A DNA stretch of 64,000 nt from NCBI GenBank assembly GCA_000004985.1, contig GG738854.1, one strand, 5' to 3'. How positions within the stretch are numbered: position 1 is the stretch's first letter; each line of letters starts with the position of its first letter. The notes beneath the pieces were generated by a model. That model saw only the letters and a list, made by a program, of their open reading frames with translations. It was not told where the DNA came from and made no database searches. The stretch is from Naegleria gruberi. Its lineage: Eukaryota. Below are positions 51,901-64,000 of this stretch, one piece after another. The position numbers were made by a program, and so were the translations under genes.

Positions 51901-54900
51901 NNNNNNNNNNNNNNNNNNNNNNNNNNNNNNNNNNNNNNNNNNNNNNNNNNNNNNNNNNNNNNNNNNNNNNNNNNNNNNNNNNNNNNNNNNNNNNNNNNNN
52001 NNNNNNNNNNNNNNNNNNNNNNNNNNNNNNNNNNNNNNNNNNNNNNNNNNNNNNNNNNNNNNNNNNNNNNNNNNNNNNNNNNNNNNNNNNNNNNNNNNNN
52101 NNNNNNNNNNNNNNNNNNNNNNNNNNNNNNNNNNNNNNNNNNNNNNNNNNNNNNNNNNNNNNNNNNNNNNNNNNNNNNNNNNNNNNNNNNNNNNNNNNNN
52201 NNNNNNNNNNNNNNNNNNNNNNNNNNNNNNNNNNNNNNNNNNNNNNNNNNNNNNNNNNNNNNNNNNNNNNNNNNNNNNNNNNNNNNNNNNNNNNNNNNNN
52301 NNNNNNNNNNNNNNNNNNNNNNNNNNNNNNNNNNNNNNNNNNNNNNNNNNNNNNNNNNNNNNNNNNNNNNNNNNNNNNNNNNNNNNNNNNNNNNNNNNNN
52401 NNNNNNNNNNNNNNNNNNNNNNNNNNNNNNNNNNNNNNNNNNNNNNNNNNNNNNNNNNNNNNNNNNNNNNNNNNNNNNNNNNNNNNNNNNNNNNNNNNNN
52501 NNNNNNNNNNNNNNNNNNNNNNNNNNNNNNNNNNNNNNNNNNNNNNNNNNNNNNNNNNNNNNNNNNNNNNNNNNNNNNNNNNNNNNNNNNNNNNNNNNNN
52601 NNNNNNNNNNNNNNNNNNNNNNNNNNNNNNNNNNNNNNNNNNNNNNNNNNNNNNNNNNNNNNNNNNNNNNNNNNNNNNNNNNNNNNNNNNNNNNNNNNNN
52701 NNNNNNNNNNNNNNNNNNNNNNNNNNNNNNNNNNNNNNNNNNNNNNNNNNNNNNNNNNNNNNNNNNNNNNNNNNNNNNNNNNNNNNNNNNNNNNNNNNNN
52801 NNNNNNNNNNNNNNNNNNNNNNNNNNNNNNNNNNNNNNNNNNNNNNNNNNNNNNNNNNNNNNNNNNNNNNNNNNNNNNNNNNNNNNNNNNNNNNNNNNNN
52901 NNNNNNNNNNNNNNNNNNNNNNNNNNNNNNNNNNNNNNNNNNNNNNNNNNNNNNNNNNNNNNNNNNNNNNNNNNNNNNNNNNNNNNNNNNNNNNNNNNNN
53001 NNNNNNNNNNNNNNNNNNNNNNNNNNNNNNNNNNNNNNNNNNNNNNNNNNNNNNNNNNNNNNNNNNNNNNNNNNNNNNNNNNNNNNNNNNNNNNNNNNNN
53101 NNNNNNNNNNNNNNNNNNNNNNNNNNNNNNNNNNNNNNNNNNNNNNNNNNNNNNNNNNNNNNNNNNNNNNNNNNNNNNNNNNNNNNNNNNNNNNNNNNNN
53201 NNNNNNNNNNNNNNNNNNNNNNNNNNNNNNNNNNNNNNNNNNNNNNNNNNNNNNNNNNNNNNNNNNNNNNNNNNNNNNNNNNNNNNNNNNNNNNNNNNNN
53301 NNNNNNNNNNNNNNNNNNNNNNNNNNNNNNNNNNNNNNNNNNNNNNNNNNNNNNNNNNNNNNNNNNNNNNNNNNNNNNNNNNNNNNNNNNNNNNNNNNNN
53401 NNNNNNNNNNNNNNNNNNNNNNNNNNNNNNNNNNNNNNNNNNNNNNNNNNNNNNNNNNNNNNNNNNNNNNNNNNNNNNNNNNNNNNNNNNNNNNNNNNNN
53501 NNNNNNNNNNNNNNNNNNNNNNNNNNNNNNNNNNNNNNNNNNNNNNNNNNNNNNNNNNNNNNNNNNNNNNNNNNNNNNNNNNNNNNNNNNNNNNNNNNNN
53601 NNNNNNNNNNNNNNNNNNNNNNNNNNNNNNNNNNNNNNNNNNNNNNNNNNNNNNNNNNNNNNNNNNNNNNNNNNNNNNNNNNNNNNNNNNNNNNNNNNNN
53701 NNNNNNNNNNNNNNNNNNNNNNNNNNNNNNNNNNNNNNNNNNNNNNNNNNNNNNNNNNNNNNNNNNNNNNNNNNNNNNNNNNNNNNNNNNNNNNNNNNNN
53801 NNNNNNNNNNNNNNNNNNNNNNNNNNNNNNNNNNNNNNNNNNNNNNNNNNNNNNNNNNNNNNNNNNNNNNNNNNNNNNNNNNNNNNNNNNNNNNNNNNNN
53901 NNNNNNNNNNNNNNNNNNNNNNNNNNNNNNNNNNNNNNNNNNNNNNNNNNNNNNNNNNNNNNNNNNNNNNNNNNNNNNNNNNNNNNNNNNNNNNNNNNNN
54001 NNNNNNNNNNNNNNNNNNNNNNNNNNNNNNNNNNNNNNNNNNNNNNNNNNNNNNNNNNNNNNNNNNNNNNNNNNNNNNNNNNNNNNNNNNNNNNNNNNNN
54101 NNNNNNNNNNNNNNNNNNNNNNNNNNNNNNNNNNNNNNNNNNNNNNNNNNNNNNNNNNNNNNNNNNNNNNNNNNNNNNNNNNNNNNNNNNNNNNNNNNNN
54201 NNNNNNNNNNNNNNNNNNNNNNNNNNNNNNNNNNNNNNNNNNNNNNNNNNNNNNNNNNNNNNNNNNNNNNNNNNNNNNNNNNNNNNNNNNNNNNNNNNNN
54301 NNNNNNNNNNNNNNNNNNNNNNNNNNNNNNNNNNNNNNNNNNNNNNNNNNNNNNNNNNNNNNNNNNNNNNNNNNNNNNNNNNNNNNNNNNNNNNNNNNNN
54401 NNNNNNNNNNNNNNNNNNNNNNNNNNNNNNNNNNNNNNNNNNNNNNNNNNNNNNNNNNNNNNNNNNNNNNNNNNNNNNNNNNNNNNNNNNNNNNNNNNNN
54501 NNNNNNNNNNNNNNNNNNNNNNNNNNNNNNNNNNNNNNNNNNNNNNNNNNNNNNNNNNNNNNNNNNNNNNNNNNNNNNNNNNNNNNNNNNNNNNNNNNNN
54601 NNNNNNNNNNNNNNNNNNNNNNNNNNNNNNNNNNNNNNNNNNNNNNNNNNNNNNNNNNNNNNNNNNNNNNNNNNNNNNNNNNNNNNNNNNNNNNNNNNNN
54701 NNNNNNNNNNNNNNNNNNNNNNNNNNNNNNNNNNNNNNNNNNNNNNNNNNNNNNNNNNNNNNNNNNNNNNNNNNNNNNNNNNNNNNNNNNNNNNNNNNNN
54801 NNNNNNNNNNNNNNNNNNNNNNNNNNNNNNNNNNNNNNNNNNNNNNNNNNNNNNNNNNNNNNNNNNNNNNNNNNNNNNNNNNNNNNNNNNNNNNNNNNNN

Positions 54901-57900
54901 NNNNNNNNNNNNNNNNNNNNNNNNNNNNNNNNNNNNNNNNNNNNNNNNNNNNNNNNNNNNNNNNNNNNNNNNNNNNNNNNNNNNNNNNNNNNNNNNNNNN
55001 NNNNNNNNNNNNNNNNNNNNNNNNNNNNNNNNNNNNNNNNNNNNNNNNNNNNNNNNNNNNNNNNNNNNNNNNNNNNNNNNNNNNNNNNNNNNNNNNNNNN
55101 NNNNNNNNNNNNNNNNNNNNNNNNNNNNNNNNNNNNNNNNNNNNNNNNNNNNNNNNNNNNNNNNNNNNNNNNNNNNNNNNNNNNNNNNNNNNNNNNNNNN
55201 NNNNNNNNNNNNNNNNNNNNNNNNNNNNNNNNNNNNNNNNNNNNNNNNNNNNNNNNNNNNNNNNNNNNNNNNNNNNNNNNNNNNNNNNNNNNNNNNNNNN
55301 NNNNNNNNNNNNNNNNNNNNNNNNNNNNNNNNNNNNNNNNNNNNNNNNNNNNNNNNNNNNNNNNNNNNNNNNNNNNNNNNNNNNNNNNNNNNNNNNNNNN
55401 NNNNNNNNNNNNNNNNNNNNNNNNNNNNNNNNNNNNNNNNNNNNNNNNNNNNNNNNNNNNNNNNNNNNNNNNNNNNNNNNNNNNNNNNNNNNNNNNNNNN
55501 NNNNNNNNNNNNNNNNNNNNNNNNNNNNNNNNNNNNNNNNNNNNNNNNNNNNNNNNNNNNNNNNNNNNNNNNNNNNNNNNNNNNNNNNNNNNNNNNNNNN
55601 NNNNNNNNNNNNNNNNNNNNNNNNNNNNNNNNNNNNNNNNNNNNNNNNNNNNNNNNNNNNNNNNNNNNNNNNNNNNNNNNNNNNNNNNNNNNNNNNNNNN
55701 NNNNNNNNNNNNNNNNNNNNNNNNNNNNNNNNNNNNNNNNNNNNNNNNNNNNNNNNNNNNNNNNNNNNNNNNNNNNNNNNNNNNNNNNNNNNNNNNNNNN
55801 NNNNNNNNNNNNNNNNNNNNNNNNNNNNNNNNNNNNNNNNNNNNNNNNNNNNNNNNNNNNNNNNNNNNNNNNNNNNNNNNNNNNNNNNNNNNNNNNNNNN
55901 NNNNNNNNNNNNNNNNNNNNNNNNNNNNNNNNNNNNNNNNNNNNNNNNNNNNNNNNNNNNNNNNNNNNNNNNNNNNNNNNNNNNNNNNNNNNNNNNNNNN
56001 NNNNNNNNNNNNNNNNNNNNNNNNNNNNNNNNNNNNNNNNNNNNNNNNNNNNNNNNNNNNNNNNNNNNNNNNNNNNNNNNNNNNNNNNNNNNNNNNNNNN
56101 NNNNNNNNNNNNNNNNNNNNNNNNNNNNNNNNNNNNNNNNNNNNNNNNNNNNNNNNNNNNNNNNNNNNNNNNNNNNNNNNNNNNNNNNNNNNNNNNNNNN
56201 NNNNNNNNNNNNNNNNNNNNNNNNNNNNNNNNNNNNNNNNNNNNNNNNNNNNNNNNNNNNNNNNNNNNNNNNNNNNNNNNNNNNNNNNNNNNNNNNNNNN
56301 NNNNNNNNNNNNNNNNNNNNNNNNNNNNNNNNNNNNNNNNNNNNNNNNNNNNNNNNNNNNNNNNNNNNNNNNNNNNNNNNNNNNNNNNNNNNNNNNNNNN
56401 NNNNNNNNNNNNNNNNNNNNNNNNNNNNNNNNNNNNNNNNNNNNNNNNNNNNNNNNNNNNNNNNNNNNNNNNNNNNNNNNNNNNNNNNNNNNNNNNNNNN
56501 NNNNNNNNNNNNNNNNNNNNNNNNNNNNNNNNNNNNNNNNNNNNNNNNNNNNNNNNNNNNNNNNNNNNNNNNNNNNNNNNNNNNNNNNNNNNNNNNNNNN
56601 NNNNNNNNNNNNNNNNNNNNNNNNNNNNNNNNNNNNNNNNNNNNNNNNNNNNNNNNNNNNNNNNNNNNNNNNNNNNNNNNNNNNNNNNNNNNNNNNNNNN
56701 NNNNNNNNNNNNNNNNNNNNNNNNNNNNNNNNNNNNNNNNNNNNNNNNNNNNNNNNNNNNNNNNNNNNNNNNNNNNNNNNNNNNNNNNNNNNNNNNNNNN
56801 NNNNNNNNNNNNNNNNNNNNNNNNNNNNNNNNNNNNNNNNNNNNNNNNNNNNNNNNNNNNNNNNNNNNNNNNNNNNNNNNNNNNNNNNNNNNNNNNNNNN
56901 NNNNNNNNNNNNNNNNNNNNNNNNNNNNNNNNNNNNNNNNNNNNNNNNNNNNNNNNNNNNNNNNNNNNNNNNNNNNNNNNNNNNNNNNNNNNNNNNNNNN
57001 NNNNNNNNNNNNNNNNNNNNNNNNNNNNNNNNNNNNNNNNNNNNNNNNNNNNNNNNNNNNNNNNNNNNNNNNNNNNNNNNNNNNNNNNNNNNNNNNNNNN
57101 NNNNNNNNNNNNNNNNNNNNNNNNNNNNNNNNNNNNNNNNNNNNNNNNNNNNNNNNNNNNNNNNNNNNNNNNNNNNNNNNNNNNNNNNNNNNNNNNNNNN
57201 NNNNNNNNNNNNNNNNNNNNNNNNNNNNNNNNNNNNNNNNNNNNNNNNNNNNNNNNNNNNNNNNNNNNNNNNNNNNNNNNNNNNNNNNNNNNNNNNNNNN
57301 NNNNNNNNNNNNNNNNNNNNNNNNNNNNNNNNNNNNNNNNNNNNNNNNNNNNNNNNNNNNNNNNNNNNNNNNNNNNNNNNNNNNNNNNNNNNNNNNNNNN
57401 NNNNNNNNNNNNNNNNNNNNNNNNNNNNNNNNNNNNNNNNNNNNNNNNNNNNNNNNNNNNNNNNNNNNNNNNNNNNNNNNNNNNNNNNNNNNNNNNNNNN
57501 NNNNNNNNNNNNNNNNNNNNNNNNNNNNNNNNNNNNNNNNNNNNNNNNNNNNNNNNNNNNNNNNNNNNNNNNNNNNNNNNNNNNNNNNNNNNNNNNNNNN
57601 NNNNNNNNNNNNNNNNNNNNNNNNNNNNNNNNNNNNNNNNNNNNNNNNNNNNNNNNNNNNNNNNNNNNNNNNNNNNNNNNNNNNNNNNNNNNNNNNNNNN
57701 NNNNNNNNNNNNNNNNNNNNNNNNNNNNNNNNNNNNNNNNNNNNNNNNNNNNNNNNNNNNNNNNNNNNNNNNNNNNNNNNNNNNNNNNNNNNNNNNNNNN
57801 NNNNNNNNNNNNNNNNNNNNNNNNNNNNNNNNNNNNNNNNNNNNNNNNNNNNNNNNNNNNNNNNNNNNNNNNNNNNNNNNNNNNNNNNNNNNNNNNNNNN

Positions 57901-60900
57901 NNNNNNNNNNNNNNNNNNNNNNNNNNNNNNNNNNNNNNNNNNNNNNNNNNNNNNNNNNNNNNNNNNNNNNNNNNNNNNNNNNNNNNNNNNNNNNNNNNNN
58001 NNNNNNNNNNNNNNNNNNNNNNNNNNNNNNNNNNNNNNNNNNNNNNNNNNNNNNNNNNNNNNNNNNNNNNNNNNNNNNNNNNNNNNNNNNNNNNNNNNNN
58101 NNNNNNNNNNNNNNNNNNNNNNNNNNNNNNNNNNNNNNNNNNNNNNNNNNNNNNNNNNNNNNNNNNNNNNNNNNNNNNNNNNNNNNNNNNNNNNNNNNNN
58201 NNNNNNNNNNNNNNNNNNNNNNNNNNNNNNNNNNNNNNNNNNNNNNNNNNNNNNNNNNNNNNNNNNNNNNNNNNNNNNNNNNNNNNNNNNNNNNNNNNNN
58301 NNNNNNNNNNNNNNNNNNNNNNNNNNNNNNNNNNNNNNNNNNNNNNNNNNNNNNNNNNNNNNNNNNNNNNNNNNNNNNNNNNNNNNNNNNNNNNNNNNNN
58401 NNNNNNNNNNNNNNNNNNNNNNNNNNNNNNNNNNNNNNNNNNNNNNNNNNNNNNNNNNNNNNNNNNNNNNNNNNNNNNNNNNNNNNNNNNNNNNNNNNNN
58501 NNNNNNNNNNNNNNNNNNNNNNNNNNNNNNNNNNNNNNNNNNNNNNNNNNNNNNNNNNNNNNNNNNNNNNNNNNNNNNNNNNNNNNNNNNNNNNNNNNNN
58601 NNNNNNNNNNNNNNNNNNNNNNNNNNNNNNNNNNNNNNNNNNNNNNNNNNNNNNNNNNNNNNNNNNNNNNNNNNNNNNNNNNNNNNNNNNNNNNNNNNNN
58701 NNNNNNNNNNNNNNNNNNNNNNNNNNNNNNNNNNNNNNNNNNNNNNNNNNNNNNNNNNNNNNNNNNNNNNNNNNNNNNNNNNNNNNNNNNNNNNNNNNNN
58801 NNNNNNNNNNNNNNNNNNNNNNNNNNNNNNNNNNNNNNNNNNNNNNNNNNNNNNNNNNNNNNNNNNNNNNNNNNNNNNNNNNNNNNNNNNNNNNNNNNNN
58901 NNNNNNNNNNNNNNNNNNNNNNNNNNNNNNNNNNNNNNNNNNNNNNNNNNNNNNNNNNNNNNNNNNNNNNNNNNNNNNNNNNNNNNNNNNNNNNNNNNNN
59001 NNNNNNNNNNNNNNNNNNNNNNNNNNNNNNNNNNNNNNNNNNNNNNNNNNNNNNNNNNNNNNNNNNNNNNNNNNNNNNNNNNNNNNNNNNNNNNNNNNNN
59101 NNNNNNNNNNNNNNNNNNNNNNNNNNNNNNNNNNNNNNNNNNNNNNNNNNNNNNNNNNNNNNNNNNNNNNNNNNNNNNNNNNNNNNNNNNNNNNNNNNNN
59201 NNNNNNNNNNNNNNNNNNNNNNNNNNNNNNNNNNNNNNNNNNNNNNNNNNNNNNNNNNNNNNNNNNNNNNNNNNNNNNNNNNNNNNNNNNNNNNNNNNNN
59301 NNNNNNNNNNNNNNNNNNNNNNNNNNNNNNNNNNNNNNNNNNNNNNNNNNNNNNNNNNNNNNNNNNNNNNNNNNNNNNNNNNNNNNNNNNNNNNNNNNNN
59401 NNNNNNNNNNNNNNNNNNNNNNNNNNNNNNNNNNNNNNNNNNNNNNNNNNNNNNNNNNNNNNNNNNNNNNNNNNNNNNNNNNNNNNNNNNNNNNNNNNNN
59501 NNNNNNNNNNNNNNNNNNNNNNNNNNNNNNNNNNNNNNNNNNNNNNNNNNNNNNNNNNNNNNNNNNNNNNNNNNNNNNNNNNNNNNNNNNNNNNNNNNNN
59601 NNNNNNNNNNNNNNNNNNNNNNNNNNNNNNNNNNNNNNNNNNNNNNNNNNNNNNNNNNNNNNNNNNNNNNNNNNNNNNNNNNNNNNNNNNNNNNNNNNNN
59701 NNNNNNNNNNNNNNNNNNNNNNNNNNNNNNNNNNNNNNNNNNNNNNNNNNNNNNNNNNNNNNNNNNNNNNNNNNNNNNNNNNNNNNNNNNNNNNNNNNNN
59801 NNNNNNNNNNNNNNNNNNNNNNNNNNNNNNNNNNNNNNNNNNNNNNNNNNNNNNNNNNNNNNNNNNNNNNNNNNNNNNNNNNNNNNNNNNNNNNNNNNNN
59901 NNNNNNNNNNNNNNNNNNNNNNNNNNNNNNNNNNNNNNNNNNNNNNNNNNNNNNNNNNNNNNNNNNNNNNNNNNNNNNNNNNNNNNNNNNNNNNNNNNNN
60001 NNNNNNNNNNNNNNNNNNNNNNNNNNNNNNNNNNNNNNNNNNNNNNNNNNNNNNNNNNNNNNNNNNNNNNNNNNNNNNNNNNNNNNNNNNNNNNNNNNNN
60101 NNNNNNNNNNNNNNNNNNNNNNNNNNNNNNNNNNNNNNNNNNNNNNNNNNNNNNNNNNNNNNNNNNNNNNNNNNNNNNNNNNNNNNNNNNNNNNNNNNNN
60201 NNNNNNNNNNNNNNNNNNNNNNNNNNNNNNNNNNNNNNNNNNNNNNNNNNNNNNNNNNNNNNNNNNNNNNNNNNNNNNNNNNNNNNNNNNNNNNNNNNNN
60301 NNNNNNNNNNNNNNNNNNNNNNNNNNNNNNNNNNNNNNNNNNNNNNNNNNNNNNNNNNNNNNNNNNNNNNNNNNNNNNNNNNNNNNNNNNNNNNNNNNNN
60401 NNNNNNNNNNNNNNNNNNNNNNNNNNNNNNNNNNNNNNNNNNNNNNNNNNNNNNNNNNNNNNNNNNNNNNNNNNNNNNNNNNNNNNNNNNNNNNNNNNNN
60501 NNNNNNNNNNNNNNNNNNNNNNNNNNNNNNNNNNNNNNNNNNNNNNNNNNNNNNNNNNNNNNNNNNNNNNNNNNNNNNNNNNNNNNNNNNNNNNNNNNNN
60601 NNNNNNNNNNNNNNNNNNNNNNNNNNNNNNNNNNNNNNNNNNNNNNNNNNNNNNNNNNNNNNNNNNNNNNNNNNNNNNNNNNNNNNNNNNNNNNNNNNNN
60701 NNNNNNNNNNNNNNNNNNNNNNNNNNNNNNNNNNNNNNNNNNNNNNNNNNNNNNNNNNNNNNNNNNNNNNNNNNNNNNNNNNNNNNNNNNNNNNNNNNNN
60801 NNNNNNNNNNNNNNNNNNNNNNNNNNNNNNNNNNNNNNNNNNNNNNNNNNNNNNNNNNNNNNNNNNNNNNNNNNNNNNNNNNNNNNNNNNNNNNNNNNNN

Positions 60901-63900
60901 NNNNNNNNNNNNNNNNNNNNNNNNNNNNNNNNNNNNNNNNNNNNNNNNNNNNNNNNNNNNNNNNNNNNNNNNNNNNNNNNNNNNNNNNNNNNNNNNNNNN
61001 NNNNNNNNNNNNNNNNNNNNNNNNNNNNNNNNNNNNNNNNNNNNNNNNNNNNNNNNNNNNNNNNNNNNNNNNNNNNNNNNNNNNNNNNNNNNNNNNNNNN
61101 NNNNNNNNNNNNNNNNNNNNNNNNNNNNNNNNNNNNNNNNNNNNNNNNNNNNNNNNNNNNNNNNNNNNNNNNNNNNNNNNNNNNNNNNNNNNNNNNNNNN
61201 NNNNNNNNNNNNNNNNNNNNNNNNNNNNNNNNNNNNNNNNNNNNNNNNNNNNNNNNNNNNNNNNNNNNNNNNNNNNNNNNNNNNNNNNNNNNNNNNNNNN
61301 NNNNNNNNNNNNNNNNNNNNNNNNNNNNNNNNNNNNNNNNNNNNNNNNNNNNNNNNNNNNNNNNNNNNNNNNNNNNNNNNNNNNNNNNNNNNNNNNNNNN
61401 NNNNNNNNNNNNNNNNNNNNNNNNNNNNNNNNNNNNNNNNNNNNNNNNNNNNNNNNNNNNNNNNNNNNNNNNNNNNNNNNNNNNNNNNNNNNNNNNNNNN
61501 NNNNNNNNNNNNNNNNNNNNNNNNNNNNNNNNNNNNNNNNNNNNNNNNNNNNNNNNNNNNNNNNNNNNNNNNNNNNNNNNNNNNNNNNNNNNNNNNNNNN
61601 NNNNNNNNNNNNNNNNNNNNNNNNNNNNNNNNNNNNNNNNNNNNNNNNNNNNNNNNNNNNNNNNNNNNNNNNNNNNNNNNNNNNNNNNNNNNNNNNNNNN
61701 NNNNNNNNNNNNNNNNNNNNNNNNNNNNNNNNNNNNNNNNNNNNNNNNNNNNNNNNNNNNNNNNNNNNNNNNNNNNNNNNNNNNNNNNNNNNNNNNNNNN
61801 NNNNNNNNNNNNNNNNNNNNNNNNNNNNNNNNNNNNNNNNNNNNNNNNNNNNNNNNNNNNNNNNNNNNNNNNNNNNNNNNNNNNNNNNNNNNNNNNNNNN
61901 NNNNNNNNNNNNNNNNNNNNNNNNNNNNNNNNNNNNNNNNNNNNNNNNNNNNNNNNNNNNNNNNNNNNNNNNNNNNNNNNNNNNNNNNNNNNNNNNNNNN
62001 NNNNNNNNNNNNNNNNNNNNNNNNNNNNNNNNNNNNNNNNNNNNNNNNNNNNNNNNNNNNNNNNNNNNNNNNNNNNNNNNNNNNNNNNNNNNNNNNNNNN
62101 NNNNNNNNNNNNNNNNNNNNNNNNNNNNNNNNNNNNNNNNNNNNNNNNNNNNNNNNNNNNNNNNNNNNNNNNNNNNNNNNNNNNNNNNNNNNNNNNNNNN
62201 NNNNNNNNNNNNNNNNNNNNNNNNNNNNNNNNNNNNNNNNNNNNNNNNNNNNNNNNNNNNNNNNNNNNNNNNNNNNNNNNNNNNNNNNNNNNNNNNNNNN
62301 NNNNNNNNNNNNNNNNNNNNNNNNNNNNNNNNNNNNNNNNNNNNNNNNNNNNNNNNNNNNNNNNNNNNNNNNNNNNNNNNNNNNNNNNNNNNNNNNNNNN
62401 NNNNNNNNNNNNNNNNNNNNNNNNNNNNNNNNNNNNNNNNNNNNNNNNNNNNNNNNNNNNNNNNNNNNNNNNNNNNNNNNNNNNNNNNNNNNNNNNNNNN
62501 NNNNNNNNNNNNNNNNNNNNNNNNNNNNNNNNNNNNNNNNNNNNNNNNNNNNNNNNNNNNNNNNNNNNNNNNNNNNNNNNNNNNNNNNNNNNNNNNNNNN
62601 NNNNNNNNNNNNNNNNNNNNNNNNNNNNNNNNNNNNNNNNNNNNNNNNNNNNNNNNNNNNNNNNNNNNNNNNNNNNNNNNNNNNNNNNNNNNNNNNNNNN
62701 NNNNNNNNNNNNNNNNNNNNNNNNNNNNNNNNNNNNNNNNNNNNNNNNNNNNNNNNNNNNNNNNNNNNNNNNNNNNNNNNNNNNNNNNNNNNNNNNNNNN
62801 NNNNNNNNNNNNNNNNNNNNNNNNNNNNNNNNNNNNNNNNNNNNNNNNNNNNNNNNNNNNNNNNNNNNNNNNNNNNNNNNNNNNNNNNNNNNNNNNNNNN
62901 NNNNNNNNNNNNNNNNNNNNNNNNNNNNNNNNNNNNNNNNNNNNNNNNNNNNNNNNNNNNNNNNNNNNNNNNNNNNNNNNNNNNNNNNNNNNNNNNNNNN
63001 NNNNNNNNNNNNNNNNNNNNNNNNNNNNNNNNNNNNNNNNNNNNNNNNNNNNNNNNNNNNNNNNNNNNNNNNNNNNNNNNNNNNNNNNNNNNNNNNNNNN
63101 NNNNNNNNNNNNNNNNNNNNNNNNNNNNNNNNNNNNNNNNNNNNNNNNNNNNNNNNNNNNNNNNNNNNNNNNNNNNNNNNNNNNNNNNNNNNNNNNNNNN
63201 NNNNNNNNNNNNNNNNNNNNNNNNNNNNNNNNNNNNNNNNNNNNNNNNNNNNNNNNNNNNNNNNNNNNNNNNNNNNNNNNNNNNNNNNNNNNNNNNNNNN
63301 NNNNNNNNNNNNNNNNNNNNNNNNNNNNNNNNNNNNNNNNNNNNNNNNNNNNNNNNNNNNNNNNNNNNNNNNNNNNNNNNNNNNNNNNNNNNNNNNNNNN
63401 NNNNNNNNNNNNNNNNNNNNNNNNNNNNNNNNNNNNNNNNNNNNNNNNNNNNNNNNNNNNNNNNNNNNNNNNNNNNNNNNNNNNNNNNNNNNNNNNNNNN
63501 NNNNNNNNNNNNNNNNNNNNNNNNNNNNNNNNNNNNNNNNNNNNNNNNNNNNNNNNNNNNNNNNNNNNNNNNNNNNNNNNNNNNNNNNNNNNNNNNNNNN
63601 NNNNNNNNNNNNNNNNNNNNNNNNNNNNNNNNNNNNNNNNNNNNNNNNNNNNNNNNNNNNNNNNNNNNNNNNNNNNNNNNNNNNNNNNNNNNNNNNNNNN
63701 NNNNNNNNNNNNNNNNNNNNNNNNNNNNNNNNNNNNNNNNNNNNNNNNNNNNNNNNNNNNNNNNNNNNNNNNNNNNNNNNNNNNNNNNNNNNNNNNNNNN
63801 NNNNNNNNNNNNNNNNNNNNNNNNNNNNNNNNNNNNNNNNNNNNNNNNNNNNNNNNNNNNNNNNNNNNNNNNNNNNNNNNNNNNNNNNNNNNNNNNNNNN

Positions 63901-64000
63901 NNNNNNNNNNNNNNNNNNNNNNNNNNNNNNNNNNNNNNNNNNNNNNNNNNNNNNNNNNNNNNNNNNNNNNNNNNNNNNNNNNNNNNNNNNNNNNNNNNNN
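27948..64000. other. Assembly gap of 36,053 N
   Basis: An uninterrupted N run extends to the end of the window. No inference about its content is possible. Confidence 0.99.

Overview
This is a eukaryotic window, not a prokaryotic one. It is about 75-80% AT, has long poly-Asn/Gln/Thr tracts in coding regions, short AT-rich spliceosomal introns with GTAAGT/GTATGT donors and AG acceptors, and AAT/AAA/TTA-biased codon usage. Together these point to a dictyostelid social amoeba (Dictyostelium-like) nuclear chromosome. Only positions 1..27947 carry sequence. Positions 26251..26300 are a 50-N gap and 27948..64000 are a 36,053-N gap, so about 56% of the window is N and cannot be interpreted. There are no operons, CRISPR arrays or defence islands, and none are expected here. 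The readable part is gene-dense with about 13 protein-coding genes on both strands. These are two diverged F-box-like genes in divergent orientation, a 5-exon ammonium transporter (Amt/MEP), a hypothetical beta-rich protein, a 4-exon ankyrin-repeat protein, two tandem cullins on the minus strand, a QNG1/DUF2419 queuosine-salvage homologue, a 2371-aa DOCK180-family Rac GEF, a small cluster of hydrophobic ORFs with unresolved exon structure, a secreted Asn-rich S33-type alpha/beta-hydrolase truncated by the 50-N gap, and a coiled-coil gene fragment. One cullin is a Cul4 orthologue. The other carries an unusual ~430-aa low-complexity N-terminal extension with three RxRSNS motifs. The DOCK gene's first 12 codons (SH3 start) sit in a cryptic mini-exon 5' of the long ORF. 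The supplied ORF track calls TTG/GTG as start codons, so several listed starts (Cul4, QNG1, DOCK) are artefacts, and it misses all multi-exon structures. After the 50-N gap comes a block with atypical composition and mixed inverted/direct short repeats next to the 36-kb gap. This is most likely a repeat or transposon remnant that broke the assembly. All functional calls come from motif recognition by eye. No database search was possible.
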